Of a DNA stretch of 64,000 nt, positions 12,950 through 24,558 are shown piece after piece; the stretch's first letter is position 1, and every line of letters begins with the position of its first letter. Made by a program: the position numbers and the translations under genes. The notes under the pieces were generated by a model. The model worked only from the letters and a program-made list of their open reading frames with translations. It was not told where the DNA came from and ran no database searches. This stretch comes from Octopus vulgaris (Eukaryota). The stretch is taken from contig OX597829.1 in NCBI GenBank assembly GCA_951406725.2, forward strand, positions 27,094,001 to 27,158,000, in the 5' to 3' direction.

Positions 12950-13462
12950 AAACAACTGTCATTAAAATCTCATGTTAATTTGTGTTCCAAACATTAGATT
13001 AATAATGACAAAGCTGTATTAATAAATTCTTCCTAATTTTCAAAATCAATTCAAACTAAGGTGCATATATGGATGTGTGGTAATTTTAAAACCTAATTCG
13101 CAAACACAGGGTTTTGGGTTCAGTCCCACTGTGCAGCACCTTGGGCAAGATCCCTTGTACTTTAGCCTTGGGCTGACCATGCTTGTGAGTGAATTTGGTA
13201 GATAGAAACTGCATGTGTGTGTGCATGTGTGTGTGTGTCTATGTACCTCCCCCCAGTGCTTCACAACTGGTGTTGGTTGGTCTATCCACCACAAACTTAG
13301 CCAGCAGTCTGGCAGAAGAGATTGCTAGAATAAGTACCCTAAGTAATGGGGTTGATTCATTCTATTAAACCCTTCAAGGCAGTGCCCTAGAATGGCCAGT
13401 CTAATGACAAACATGGTAAAGGCAGTGTATTTCAACAGAACTATAGTAATGAAACGGTTAAA
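12950..13462. mobile_element. TTAA-type MITE (63781 family, reverse orientation) interrupted by a + strand CORE-type SINE at ~13061-13417
   Basis: MITE sequence runs up to ...aatcaattcaaact and resumes as aaggcagtgtatttcaacag...aaacggttaa. The SINE A and B boxes and tail lie in between. Confidence 0.6.
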
Positions 13463-15533
13463 TACTAAAGGGGGGAAAAAAATCCATTTACAAAGCTTTG
13501 GTTTTCCACAGGCTGCAGTAGAAGACATTTACCCAAATAGGACTAAACCTGAAACCATGTGGTTTCAAACATCCCAACCAAAAAGTTACACTTGTGCCTT
13601 GTAATGTAAACATTAAAAATCACTTCACTCTTAAAAGCAAGGTCAATAGTTTGTATGATTATTAACTGTTAAGAACTAAATCATTGGGTACATAGTTATA
13701 TCTTTAGCAGTACCTCTAACTTTAAAACAGGATTAAATAAAGTACTGTCTCTGTTACTGACTTTAGTCTTTTCATTCATGTGAAACTATAAACTAAGAGA
13801 CAAGATACCAACCAACCGACAAGACTAAAATACAGATGAATAAAAAAAAAATAAGCTCATTATTTCTTATACAATTTAATCTAAGCTTATTAAAGTACTG
13901 GTGAGCAGTGCCTATGTGCTGGTTGCAATTCCTAGCTGAAAGCCAAATAACTTTATGCTGCTTACACCCTAATTGAATTTCCCAGCCTTGTTCTTAAATT
14001 TGAAGTGCTAGAGTGAAACCATTACCTGGTTTTTTTGAGGGTCTTTAGTGAAGTCTACTCTGTTGTAAGCAATCAGACCTATTCTCTGATCTAAAGATAA
14101 CTTCCTTCTACCAGCTTCAAAGGTTTAAGAATTGTTAAGTTTGTTGCCTTCCCTCTTCTTACTAAACCATAGTATACACATAATTTAACATCTGTTTTCC
14201 ATACTGGCATAACTTGAATGGTTTGACAGAAACCAACAAGCCACAAGGACTGTGAAGCTCTGTCAGCCCTGGTCTGGTTTCTATGGATGGATGCCCTTTC
14301 TAATACCAACTACTCTACATTGTGCACTAAGTGCTTTTTTTTTATTTATACCACTGGCACTAGTGAGACTGCCCAATAACTTGCAAAACAAGAAAAGAAA
14401 AGGAAAAACAACATCCCTTGACTGAGTGATGGTGTATTTGAGAGAGAGGAGAGGTAGCTTTATGCCAGGTGTTGAGAGGCTAAAGTATGAAAGAGGGACT
14501 AGCACGTGACTTGCTGTAGAGGAGATACTTGGCTACTCTTAGAGCATTGGACAAAATATCTTGCAATATTTCTTCCAGTTAATTACATTCTGAGTTCAAA
14601 TTCCACCAAGGTTGACATTGCCTTTCATCCTTTTGTGATTAAATAATTACCAGTTAAACACTGAGGACAAGCTAATCAACTTACTTCCTCTTTCTAAATT
14701 TGCTGGACTTGGGCCAAAATTTTAAACTATATAAGCATTGGTGGGAGTAGCAGGAAAGATAAAGAAGGTAGTAACAAGGTGCCAAAGAAAACTTTCAAGG
14801 TACAAGATAGTATAAGAGAGTATGACTAGAGCAGTGGCTCTCAACTGGGGCCAATATGGCCCCTGATCACAGCAGAAGTGTTAAGGCCACTCCTCCTGAT
14901 GAAGAGGATATGGCCTGCAAGGGCCCTGTGCCAATGTCACGTTAAAAAGCACCCAGTAAAGTGGTTGGCGTTAGGAAGGGCATCCAGCCGTAGAAACTGC
15001 ACCAAATCAGACTGGAACCTGGTGCAGCTCTCTGGCTTGCCGGCGTCCAACTCATGCTAGTACGGAAAAACGGACGTTAAAGGATGACATGATGATGATG
15101 ATGTCACATTTTATTTGATTAGTGATACAAATTAGAAAGCTTCACACCTAATTTCACTAGCTTCACTCAAGGAAACATTAGCATTACGTCACTAAAAAAA
15201 TCTTCTTCAGAAGTAATGTTATTTAATGGTGTGCAACACCCTTGAGTTTTATTGCAAACAGGATCTACACATTAAGAATGAGTCAGTGAGAAAGCCTTTA
15301 TACACCGGCTCGGAATGCTAGAAATAATAGTTACATCTCTTTCAAATCACGCGGTCTTAAAACATAATTGCGTAATGTAGCCCTGATATAAGAAAATAAG
15401 AAAAGAAGAGATAATCGCAGCTGGAATGCATGTGAACATAGATCTCCTGGATCACGACTGATTTAGGGTTTAAACAGCAAAATTATGTGCGATTACGAAA
15501 TATACAAACTAAGACGTATTCTGAAAAATAAGT

Positions 15534-15758
15534 TTAACCCTTTAGCATTTAAACCGTCCATATCAAGCCTAAATATTCTAACCTGTTTTATATTCATATT
15601 GACCAGATCCGGTCTCTCACACCTACCTTACAATATCATTCTAAAAATAAACAATCACATCATCGAATCCTCAAAGCTACAAGATAATGGATGATTAATT
15701 CATCACTATGAATAAATAAGCATAACATTTCAGGGTAATCTGAATACTAAACCGTTGA
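15534..15758. mobile_element. Complete ~220-bp piggyBac-type MITE
   Basis: TTAA|CCCTTTAGCATTT at the left end and a degenerate right end aatactaaaccg|ttga. Confidence 0.7.
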
Positions 15759-15838
15759 AGTTCCTGTAATTATCATAATGACCCGGAAAATATGAAATGA
15801 CGTTCGAAAAAAAAAAAAAAACTTTTGCCCTGCCTTAC

Positions 15839-15961
15839 TCTTAAATAATACGGATACATTTTGGACCACGTGTTTCCATGATAATGGACAACGTTTACAT
15901 TCTTCTCTCTTTCTATTGGCTCAGTCAGTTTTTCATCCGTCTTTATGCTATGACTGTTCAT
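15839..15961 (-). CDS. Candidate alternative ATG-bearing exon of the minus-strand gene: MNSHSIKTDEKLTEPIEREKNVNVVHYHGNTWSKMYPYYLR
   Basis: Exactly 41 codons up to a phase-0 donor AGA|gtaagg, compatible with the 982-1047 exon. Upstream acceptor tctttccctttattttgacatctcag| at 16019. No homology support. Confidence 0.4.
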
Positions 15962-16465
15962 CCAAACGGCTACATTAACGTACAGTCAGGTGAAATATTT
16001 ACGACCGTATCTCCACACCCTGAGATGTCAAAATAAAGGGAAAGACTTCTAAAGTGAAAGTGGAGATCCTTCACTGACTGGTATAACTGGTGTGTGTGTG
16101 TGTGTGTGTGTAACAGAATGAGTAAGATTTATTGCATTTAACTGTGAGAGAAAAAAAAAATTACAAATGTTCACCACCTTACAAAAACTATACTAGCTAA
16201 GTAAATGATCTCCTCTAAATGCATTAAAAACACTATTACATATTCAGAACACTATTTCAGAAACTTATCTGAAACATTTATCGGCTCAAACGTTCTGTTT
16301 GAGCCTACAAATGAAAAATTTAGCTATGGCAAAATGACTAAGACAAGGTAAAATAAATTTGCCTCTCCAATTCTTCAAAATTACATTTGAAAAAAAGACT
16401 TGCATGTCAATATCCATCCTTAGACATCAGAAAGATCAGGCATGCACCAAAAATTTTATATACCT

Positions 16466-16980
16466 TAGGTAAGGGGAAATGGCACACGATATAAAATTAA
16501 CGAAATTCGACCAAATCTAAAAAACTAAAAATATTCTTTATAACTTATTTACATACTGGAGTGGATTTTTTTTCCAGATATATTTACGTAATACGCAGTT
16601 AAGAAGAAGAAATCAATGAAATTAGTCATTACTCATTTTGACTCTTTTTTGAAAATTGAAAATCATTAAAGAGAGGAAAAAATTGAGTTTGAAATCCGTT
16701 GGAAAAAAAGAATATTGACTACGAAACACCAAAAATTATCCAGATATTTTATCAGCAATTTCAATTTTAATCGGGTCAAATTACTTGAAAAGAAAAAAGT
16801 ACCTGTCACATGTTTCAAACTCTCTAAACTTTAACAACTATGCTGACCAAGTTTTACACCTAAAAGCGATGCAACAGTACAAAATGAGTATGCAAACACT
16901 TTACGATGTAATGGTTTCAAGCAGGTAAAGAGAAAATAACAAGAAATCAGAAATTACTCATTATGCACCGCCCCTACCTA
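16466..16980. mobile_element. Possible non-autonomous DNA transposon with short imperfect TIRs
   Basis: taggtaagggg at the left end versus cccctaccta at the right end, with an AT-rich interior. Confidence 0.3.
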
Positions 16981-18334
16981 TGAAACGTTAGCACTTCTAG
17001 AACTATGGTGTTGATGGTACTTGAGTTTTGAACTTCACAAATTAATTTCTTTAGACACTCCTACCCTACTCCAGAGAATACTGAAATAGTATTTACGTTA
17101 CACAGATTTTAATACAATAGTATTAAAATCGGCAAAGAAGGATTCCAGTCCTTGTTGGGACTTTTATCAAAATACTGCCTTACTTTGAAATAATAGATTT
17201 GACAGTCAAAATTTTTTAGACTATACCAAATGTGAGGGAACGGGGGCGCACTCACCCTCGGGCGACGCTTTTATAGCGGCGGCACCTTTTGTATCTGCTG
17301 TACAAGCCTATAATAGGTTTTGGGACTTGAGAACTGCAAACTCAAGGGCTTACTCAAGCGGTACACACTCTAGTTATGCTACTGATCAAATGAAAGTAGC
17401 ATATGACAATTTTCAAGTGTTTTTTTTTATTATTTTATTATTAAATATGGACTACAGAAATGTCACAAAAAACAACAACAAACAAACAAAAAATTAGAGC
17501 CAAAACAATAGATACTTATGTCATAAGATTAATTCAAATAAATAAAAAAAATATAGGACGAATGAATTTTTAAAAAATCGACTGCGATTTAAAATGGTTT
17601 GAACATGGTGCATATAAACGAAATTTTTACTGTTACATAAAAGAATGTTTCACTGAGGAGAAACACTTATTTCACTCTCCACAAACACTCATAAAACAGA
17701 CTTAATTAAAAATATTAACTTCGCTTAAGTTATCATTTACAGTTTGTTAGCATCTATTTGTATTTTTCTTCATTGCGGATATTATCACAAATTTATTCTG
17801 ATATTTTATTTAATAAGGTAAAATCAGCAATTAGAATGACCTACAATTAATTTTAATTTTTCTTGGAATAAAAACAATCTCTCGAGGGGTAATGAAATAT
17901 TTCGCTATAAACTTAACATTAATTTTGATAATGTATGAAGCTGGTAGGAAAATTTGTAGCAAAAACTTTTTTTTTTTTCATGAATTAATAACGAATAAAA
18001 AGTATAATGCCGATAATCATGCTTTTGCCTGATAACAATATCGAGTAAAAACACCCAAACCATTAAAGGGTATTAAATAACTGACAGTATTAAGAGAACA
18101 ATCAGAGGCAAACAAACTGCAGCTCGTGGAACTTTCTGAACGGCACACCAACGAAGAATTACCTTGAATTTTCTTTCTATTTTTTGGGGGGTTTTTAAAA
18201 AATATTTTTAGCAACATGGGTCGCCCGATGAGGAGCTGTGTGTCTCATGCAACCCGCTTCTCGGAAAAGTTTGGTCATGCTTGGTATAGGAATATATATA
18301 AACAAATAAGCCTTGTCGAATTTTTTTTACTCAC

Positions 18335-18460
18335 CTCAAAAAATTTTAATAAACATGTATTGTAATCTAAAGACGCGGCGGCATTCTGTTCAGACGATGG
18401 TACTGTAGTCCGGTGAGTAATTAGAGTAACATCAGACGGCTTTTGGTTTGAGTTACCCAT
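18335..18460 (-). CDS. First coding exon of the MEAK7/Rtc5-like gene: MGNSNQKPSDVTLITHRTTVPSSEQNAAASLDYNTCLLKFFE
   Basis: 42 codons up to a consensus phase-0 donor GAG|gtgagt. Strong acceptor tcttttatctttctttcag| at 18510. The MGNS start resembles N-myristoylated MEAK7 (MGNS...). Confidence 0.8.
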
Positions 18461-18987
18461 ACTTGTTCAAACCATGAAAACGCAAATTTTATAGAATGTT
18501 TACCGAATACCTGAAAGAAAGATAAAAGACTCCATTCAAACTCGATACTTCATGATCAGAAATTTTGACACACACATACACAAATGTGTGTGTGTGTATA
18601 TTATATATATAAGAGAGAGAGAGGTAAATAGGAGAGAAAGAGAGAATACTTTATAATTATATAAAACACACGTATAAACAAATTATATTGACATTCTCTA
18701 TTCGTTTCTATTACTGGACTGCGGCCATATACAAACACTAGCTCAGTTTATCTTCATTTTATCTTTGTTATTTGTCGACAGATAACAGGATATGAAGAAA
18801 AAAAGACTACAGACTCTCTCCCTCTCATACACACATATACGACCAGCTTCTTACATGTACCAAATTCCATTTACAAGATAAACCTGAGGTTACATTTTGC
18901 CTAAGGTGTTGCGTAGTGGAATCGATACCGGAACCACTTGATTGCGAAACGAACTTCTTAATTGTAGTCATATATGTATAAAAAATC

Positions 18988-19488
18988 GGGGCTAATGCAG
19001 TTTCGCACCTCTCCTTCAAAAATGCATTTTTTTGGGGGAAAAGTTTTTGTTTTCAGATTCCTCCGTTTTAGATGTCGGAGATTACGAATATGCAAAATAA
19101 ATAAATACTACCCCCAACCACCAACATCACCCCCCCCTCCCATTTAAAATTTCGAACTTTTTCGGAAATTTTTTGTCCCTATGTTTTAGATGACGGAGAT
19201 TCCGGATATGCAAGAAACCACGTTTTGAAACTTTTAAATTCAATAAGCATATAGACAGGTGTATAAAGAGATATAGATAGATAGATAGATATGAAAGTCG
19301 TCCTGGGGCTAAACACAATTAGTAACAACCGTCTTCTTATAGGACCGCCACATTTAGTCGACAAATTAAAAAAAATAATATAATTTTTGCATATTCGTAA
19401 TCTCCAACATCTAAAACGTAGGAATACAAAAAAAGTTTTTCAAAAAAAATGCATTTTTCAAGGAGAGGTGCGAAACTGCATTAGCCCC
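18988..19488. mobile_element. ~500-bp MITE with ~110-bp terminal inverted repeats
   Basis: GGGGCTAATGCAGTTTCGCACCTCTCCTT...gattacgaatatgcaaaa versus ttttgcatattcgtaatctcc...AAGGAGAGGTGCGAAACTGCATTAGCCCC. A partial internal copy lies at ~19180-19213. Confidence 0.85.
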
Positions 19489-19950
19489 CCAATTCTTAGT
19501 TCTGTGATTACTGTCACTATTCAGTGTTTCGGTGCTGTAACTAAATGCAGAGTGGAAATTCTTCTTATTTTTAAGAATTTATACGTAACGAGAAACATAC
19601 ACACACAATACATTACATATCAAAACAACATTATATACAAAACATACATATAATTTATAATTAGTATCTACAAAAGGGATGCTGAAGATGCGCGCGTAAT
19701 TAATTTAACAGTGAACTGATTGTGTAATTAACGAAAAAAAAGACACATACATATAAAAACATTGAGAGACTTTAAAGAAAAGAAAAAGTTTAATATTTCA
19801 GACAATATAAGAAATCACATCACGATATATATATATATAACAAAAATTATTTATGAGTGTATACATACTTGTTCGAAGACCTGTTTTGAGGTTTACCGGA
19901 TTCCAAAGTTGAGAGAAACGTTGGTAAACAGAAAGAGGAACCTTGTCTAC

Positions 19951-20500
19951 CTGACCTCTCAATGCTTCTGCTACTGTTGTTGTTGTTGTTGTTCCGGTCA
20001 GGTGGTTTCTTTCACAGCTTTCAATCTTTCTTTCTTTCTGTCTTTCTTTCTATATTTTTTTCTCTTTGCTTCTTTTTTTCTTTTTTTTTTATTTCCTTCA
20101 AATACACTCCCCACTTCACGCGCTATTCCCACAATTCAACTTCCGGAACAAATTTCATTGCGTAGTAATTCTTTAGAAAAAGTGCACAATTCAAAATACC
20201 CAACAACGACAATCTTTTGATTTTTAATTTTTCATTTAAAAAGAAAGAAAAATACGAAATATTTATCGCTCAATTAATAGACTGTCCGAAATTTCGGAAT
20301 ATCCATTCAATTGTAGCGCTGTTCGTTTCGTTCGGTTGCTTCCCGAGAAGTAAATACGTGAGATTTACTTGCAGCTCAATGATAAAGTATTTCCTACAGT
20401 TGTAGTTAGTCTTAATGAAAATGATAAGAATGCCATCTTTGTTTCGCTCTTAATGTTGACTCTTGCTCGAAAACACCCATTGGTTTTATTTGAAATGCAC
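19951..20500. promoter_or_regulatory. Probable bidirectional promoter with 5' UTRs; candidate minus-strand UTR exon donor CAG|gtagac at 19951
   Basis: Lies between divergent start codons (18460 - and 20505 +), is locally CpG-rich, and contains an ETS-like ttccggaa at ~20141 and the perfect palindrome TCCGAAATTTCGGA at 20285-20298. Transcription starts cannot be determined from sequence. Confidence 0.6.
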
Positions 20501-20504
20501 CTAG

Positions 20505-20596
20505 ATGGGACGTTGTGAGTTTTCGACTCGTATATTACCAGCAACATGCGCCTGGTCCTTGCTCCTCGTAGCTACAGGACTGTTTTTTATATTCAT
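20505..20596 (+). CDS. ZDHHC8: Palmitoyltransferase ZDHHC5/8 ortholog, coding exon 1: MGRCEFSTRILPATCAWSLLLVATGLFFIF
   Basis: Matches the ZDHHC5/8 N-terminus and TM1 (invertebrate type MPKC..KTRYIPATFAW). Donor AT|gtaagt is phase 2 and joins the 53496 exon in frame. The gene is probably co-orthologous to vertebrate ZDHHC5 and ZDHHC8. Confidence 0.92.
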
Positions 20597-20675
20597 GTAA
20601 GTATTGGATCTCCTTATGTACGGCATGCAGTAAAATGCTAACCGCCCATTTTGACACATTTCATTACTTGGTTCA

Positions 20676-20846
20676 TGTATGTATGTATGTGTATTTCTCT
20701 GTGTGTATGTGCATATATGTATGTATGTATGTATGTATATATGTATGTATATATGTATGTATGTATATATATGTATGTATGTATATATATGTATGTGTAT
20801 ATATATATATATATGTGTGTGTTTGTGTGCATGTATGTATACGTAT
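20676..20846. repeat. Compound (TATG)n/(TA)n/(TG)n microsatellite
   Basis: Directly visible; source of several spurious YIYI/HTHT ORFs. Confidence 0.95.
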
Positions 20847-21413
20847 ACACACCACTCTCACTCATATAAACGAAGTTTTCCTTTCGTTTTCTTCACGCCG
20901 TTCACTTTCATGACTTAATATTTCAGATTATTATTATTATTATCATTACACACCACCCGTAGTAATAGTAGTAGTAGTTAGTACTTGTCATTGGTTTATT
21001 ATTATTATTCATTTTTTCAGATGAAGTTTTTTTTTTTCTAATATTCAAGGCAATTTGTAAAAATATAATGAGTGTTAACTTTCTGCTCACACTACACATT
21101 TAACGATCCTTTATAATATATATAAATTGTGTCTACTCAGTTGTTAGGAGCAGTCAATCGGATGTCGTCTGCAACATTTTATTTTTCTATTTCGGGACGA
21201 TCATTAAAATATTCTGCATCTGCACCCCACCTTATATATTTGTATATGCTTTAAAAAAAATTTGTGCTCACCATTTCAGTCTTATTAAACACACACACAC
21301 ATATCTAACAATTTCAGTTGTTCTTAGTCAATGAGAGAAATCGATCTAAACCCAAATGTCAGTTTATTACTTACCCATTTTAATGTCAGTTGCTTGGAAA
21401 TATATATCCAAAT

Positions 21414-21415
<2 letters not shown>

Positions 21416-21474
<59 letters not shown>

Positions 21475-21537
21475 TATGTATATATATATATATACACACA
21501 CACACATGTATATATATATATATATATACACACACAC

Positions 21538-21572
<35 letters not shown>
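21416..21572. repeat. Compound (TA)n(CA)n microsatellite with higher-order repetition
   Basis: Three (TA)n(CA)n-catg/catatg blocks followed by a final (TA)n. Confidence 0.95.
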
Positions 21573-21576
<4 letters not shown>

Positions 21577-23194
21577 GATGTATAATGTGTGTGTGATGTG
21601 TATATATGTATAACTTGTGGTTGTTGCTTTGGAATTTCTATAATTGTCTAAAAATAATGATAATAAAAGAAGACGAGATAAATAGACGCCAAGAAAGAGG
21701 TAGAGATTAGACAGAAGATTTTTGAATCTTAAATAATAGTAATTACATCATTTTTTAGTATGTTCTGATCTAATTATATATAAGTGAAACCACTGATTAG
21801 AATTCCTTCGGAATGACACTAGACCTGTTGATGAAACAATTGCCTCTCCTCCCTCCTCTCATTGCCTTGTTTCCTTGATAATCTCTGATATTTCTACTGC
21901 GATAACCCTTAAGATGTGCCTGCCATTCTTGATCGCAAATGTTTCACGTGTAAAAAAATTTATCAGTTGCATATTTATAAAGTGTTGGTCTTTGGGGGTC
22001 TTCCATTTTTACTTTGTAGATAGAGAGAAGCGCATTCTAGTTTGCCTCTTTATTTTTCCTCTCTCGTCTTTTCTTTCTATGGCTAATGTTGAAGATACTA
22101 CGAAAAAAGATTTGCTTGGTTATTTACTTCTAGTTCACATTCTAAGTATTCCACCACACATCTATCTACATAAACGATGGCTTGCCATTATCAGTTGAAC
22201 ACTGGCTTTGCTAATACTTCAAAATATACAAAATATGTATTTTTTGTAGTTTTTTTTTTTTTTCAAAATTCAAGGGATTTACTGAATTGTAATCGAATGG
22301 GTTTATTTTTATTTCATGTGTCACCGAAGTAAACACATATCGAACAATATTGCGGTTTGCATATTTGGATAGATGTGCATTCTAAAGGGTAATAGATTGA
22401 GAAATAAACATAAAATTCACAATTGTAAAGCTGGGTTATCTATGTTCGCTTATGTATTGTATAATCTGATACACACATATATAATCTACTTCTAGACATA
22501 TATCAATATATAATGACTAGCATTTATATATATATATATTGAATGAAACAGTTCTAGTCCTGTAGAAGCTCCTTCTATAAAATGTATATATATATATATA
22601 TATATGTATAAACATTACCTGTTTATTTTTACCTGAAGAGCCATGTTTGAGTGAAACTAATAGTTATGTACAAACGGAACATCCTGTTATTAATAATTAG
22701 ATGTAATCAACAATAATGATGCATCAGTCAGAATTACAGAATATGTAGCATTGGTTACTTGTGGGCATATGTTTGTATCTTAATTGACAATCAATTTAGC
22801 TATGCATGTTTCTATGTTTACATGTATACATAAATCTATTTATTAAAGTATGTAATCAGAAATATAGGCTCTTAGCAGTATTTAGATAATCGTCTTTGCT
22901 TATTTATTTATTTAGTTATAATTAATAATGTCATATTGCACAAAGCTGTTGGGCGGAAATTGTGTGGGCTTTCTTCTTGATGTAGCGAAATCACTTAAAT
23001 GTAGAATATATTATTCAGAGTATTTATATTTTATTTGCCGATGAGCAAATACAGTGATTCACGGCCTAGATTTTCGTGTCAAGGCACTTACCAAGCTCAT
23101 TGCAATGAAAACAGCGAGGTTACAAATTTTGCTACTTATAGAAGTAGCAAAATTTGTAACCTTGTGCTGCCCAAGAAATTATTATCATTATTAT

Positions 23195-23395
23195 TGGCAG
23201 AATCGTTAGATCGCCGGATAGAATGCTTGGCGGCATTTTCCCCGATTCATTATGTTCTAAGTTCAAAATCCTGTCGAGATCGACTTTGCCTTTTATTCTT
23301 TCAGGGTCGATAAAATAAAGTACCGATCAAGTGCTGAGGTCGATGTAATCGATTTCCTCCCACCTCATTCCTGGCCTTGTGCCAAAATTTAAAAC
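23195..23395 (+). mobile_element. OK-like SINE retaining CpGs; further fragments at ~24030-24420
   Basis: tggcagaatcgttag...gttcaaaatcctgtcgagatcgactttgcc...gggtcgataaaataaagtacc. Confidence 0.8.
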
Positions 23396-24432
23396 AATTA
23401 TCATCATTCGTACCCTCCTCTCGTTTTTTTTTTATATATAACTTTGTTGAATTTTATCACCCTACATATTATCTATATGTCTTTGTAAAACAACCAATCA
23501 TTCTACTTGTGCAGTATAGCTATTTTTAATGTTTTCCATATTTCATGACTAACCTTTTATCTATCGGCGAATTATGTTTTGTTATACTGTGTGTTTTTCA
23601 TGGAGTAAGAGAGAGGGATAGATGCACGGTTTGTGTTGCATTACTAATGTAAACTATCATGAAATCGTACGGGGGACATTTTGATTGTAAAATTTCAAGG
23701 TGTGGTTTTTGAAAAATTTCAGAAGCCTATCTGTATTTTATTTTTTTTTTTTAAGTAAATGTATTGGAATTTGTGAGTGATTAAAAAAAAATTATTTCGA
23801 TTCTTTCCAAATCAAGGTTTTCATTCTGGAATCGTGTTGAGAAAAAATCTGTATTATTTCTTTAAAAGCTGTAATGGTTGTTATTTTTCTTAGAAAGCTT
23901 TTGCGCGTGTGTGTGTGTTTCGGAAAAGCTACTGCTACTAATAAAATACATGATTTATTCGTACACGCTTAAAAGCTTTGTGAATAATTGGCGAAAATGG
24001 TGCAATTTTATAACTTTTTTCTTAACGGCAAAGAATCCCACCGAGTTCGACTTCGATTTTCATCCAAATACTGATGGGTTCGATATAATCGACTACCCCT
24101 CCTTTTTTGGGTGGGTGAGGGGATTTTGTGCCTGTATAAGTCATAATATTATTATTATATCAAAGAAATCGCTGTTCAGGACTAATATATTAAGTATCCG
24201 TCAAGTATTGAGGTCGATTGTATTAACTGCCCGCCACCCCATTCAAATTTGTGCCTGCATTGGAAACAGTATTGTTATGATCTAATTTCGAACCCTGCCA
24301 AAATTAATTTTGCTTTTCATCTTTCCAGAGTCAATAAAATAAAATAAAAAAAAAATAAAAACGGTCAAGAGCTTCATTTAATCGACTAACCGCAACTAGC
24401 AGATGTGAGACCTTGTGCCTATATTATTCATC

Positions 24433-24469
<37 letters not shown>

Positions 24470-24486
24470 CATAGTGGAGTAGCCCG

Positions 24487-24558
24487 GTTTATGGGGTTAC
24501 CCTGGGTTTCTCGCTCATAAGGAGTTTAAGCTTTACGGTGTATCTTCAGACCCCAAAC
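24487..24558 (-). ncRNA. Type I hammerhead ribozyme motif in a (TA)n-flanked ~170-bp module
   Basis: Minus strand reads GTTTGGGGT-CTGAAGA-(32 nt)-GAAA-CCCAGGG-TA/ACCCCATAAAC. The core is intact and stems I and III pair, but the base of stem II is irregular. Confidence 0.65.

Noticed and set aside
14895-14930. CTGATGA possible hammerhead core
   Set aside because: No downstream GAAA or stem III.
18220-18285. CCGATGA...GAAA...GTC hammerhead-like string
   Set aside because: Stems I and III do not pair and the spacing is wrong.
20505-20525. ZDHHC N-terminus MGRC as a myristoylation/palmitoylation signal
   Set aside because: Arg3 and Phe6 fit the NMT consensus poorly, and Gly2 is not a family feature as I recall it.
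20635-21613. Many overlapping ORFs rich in YI/HT/CV
   Set aside because: They are translations of (TA)n, (CA)n and (TATG)n microsatellites.
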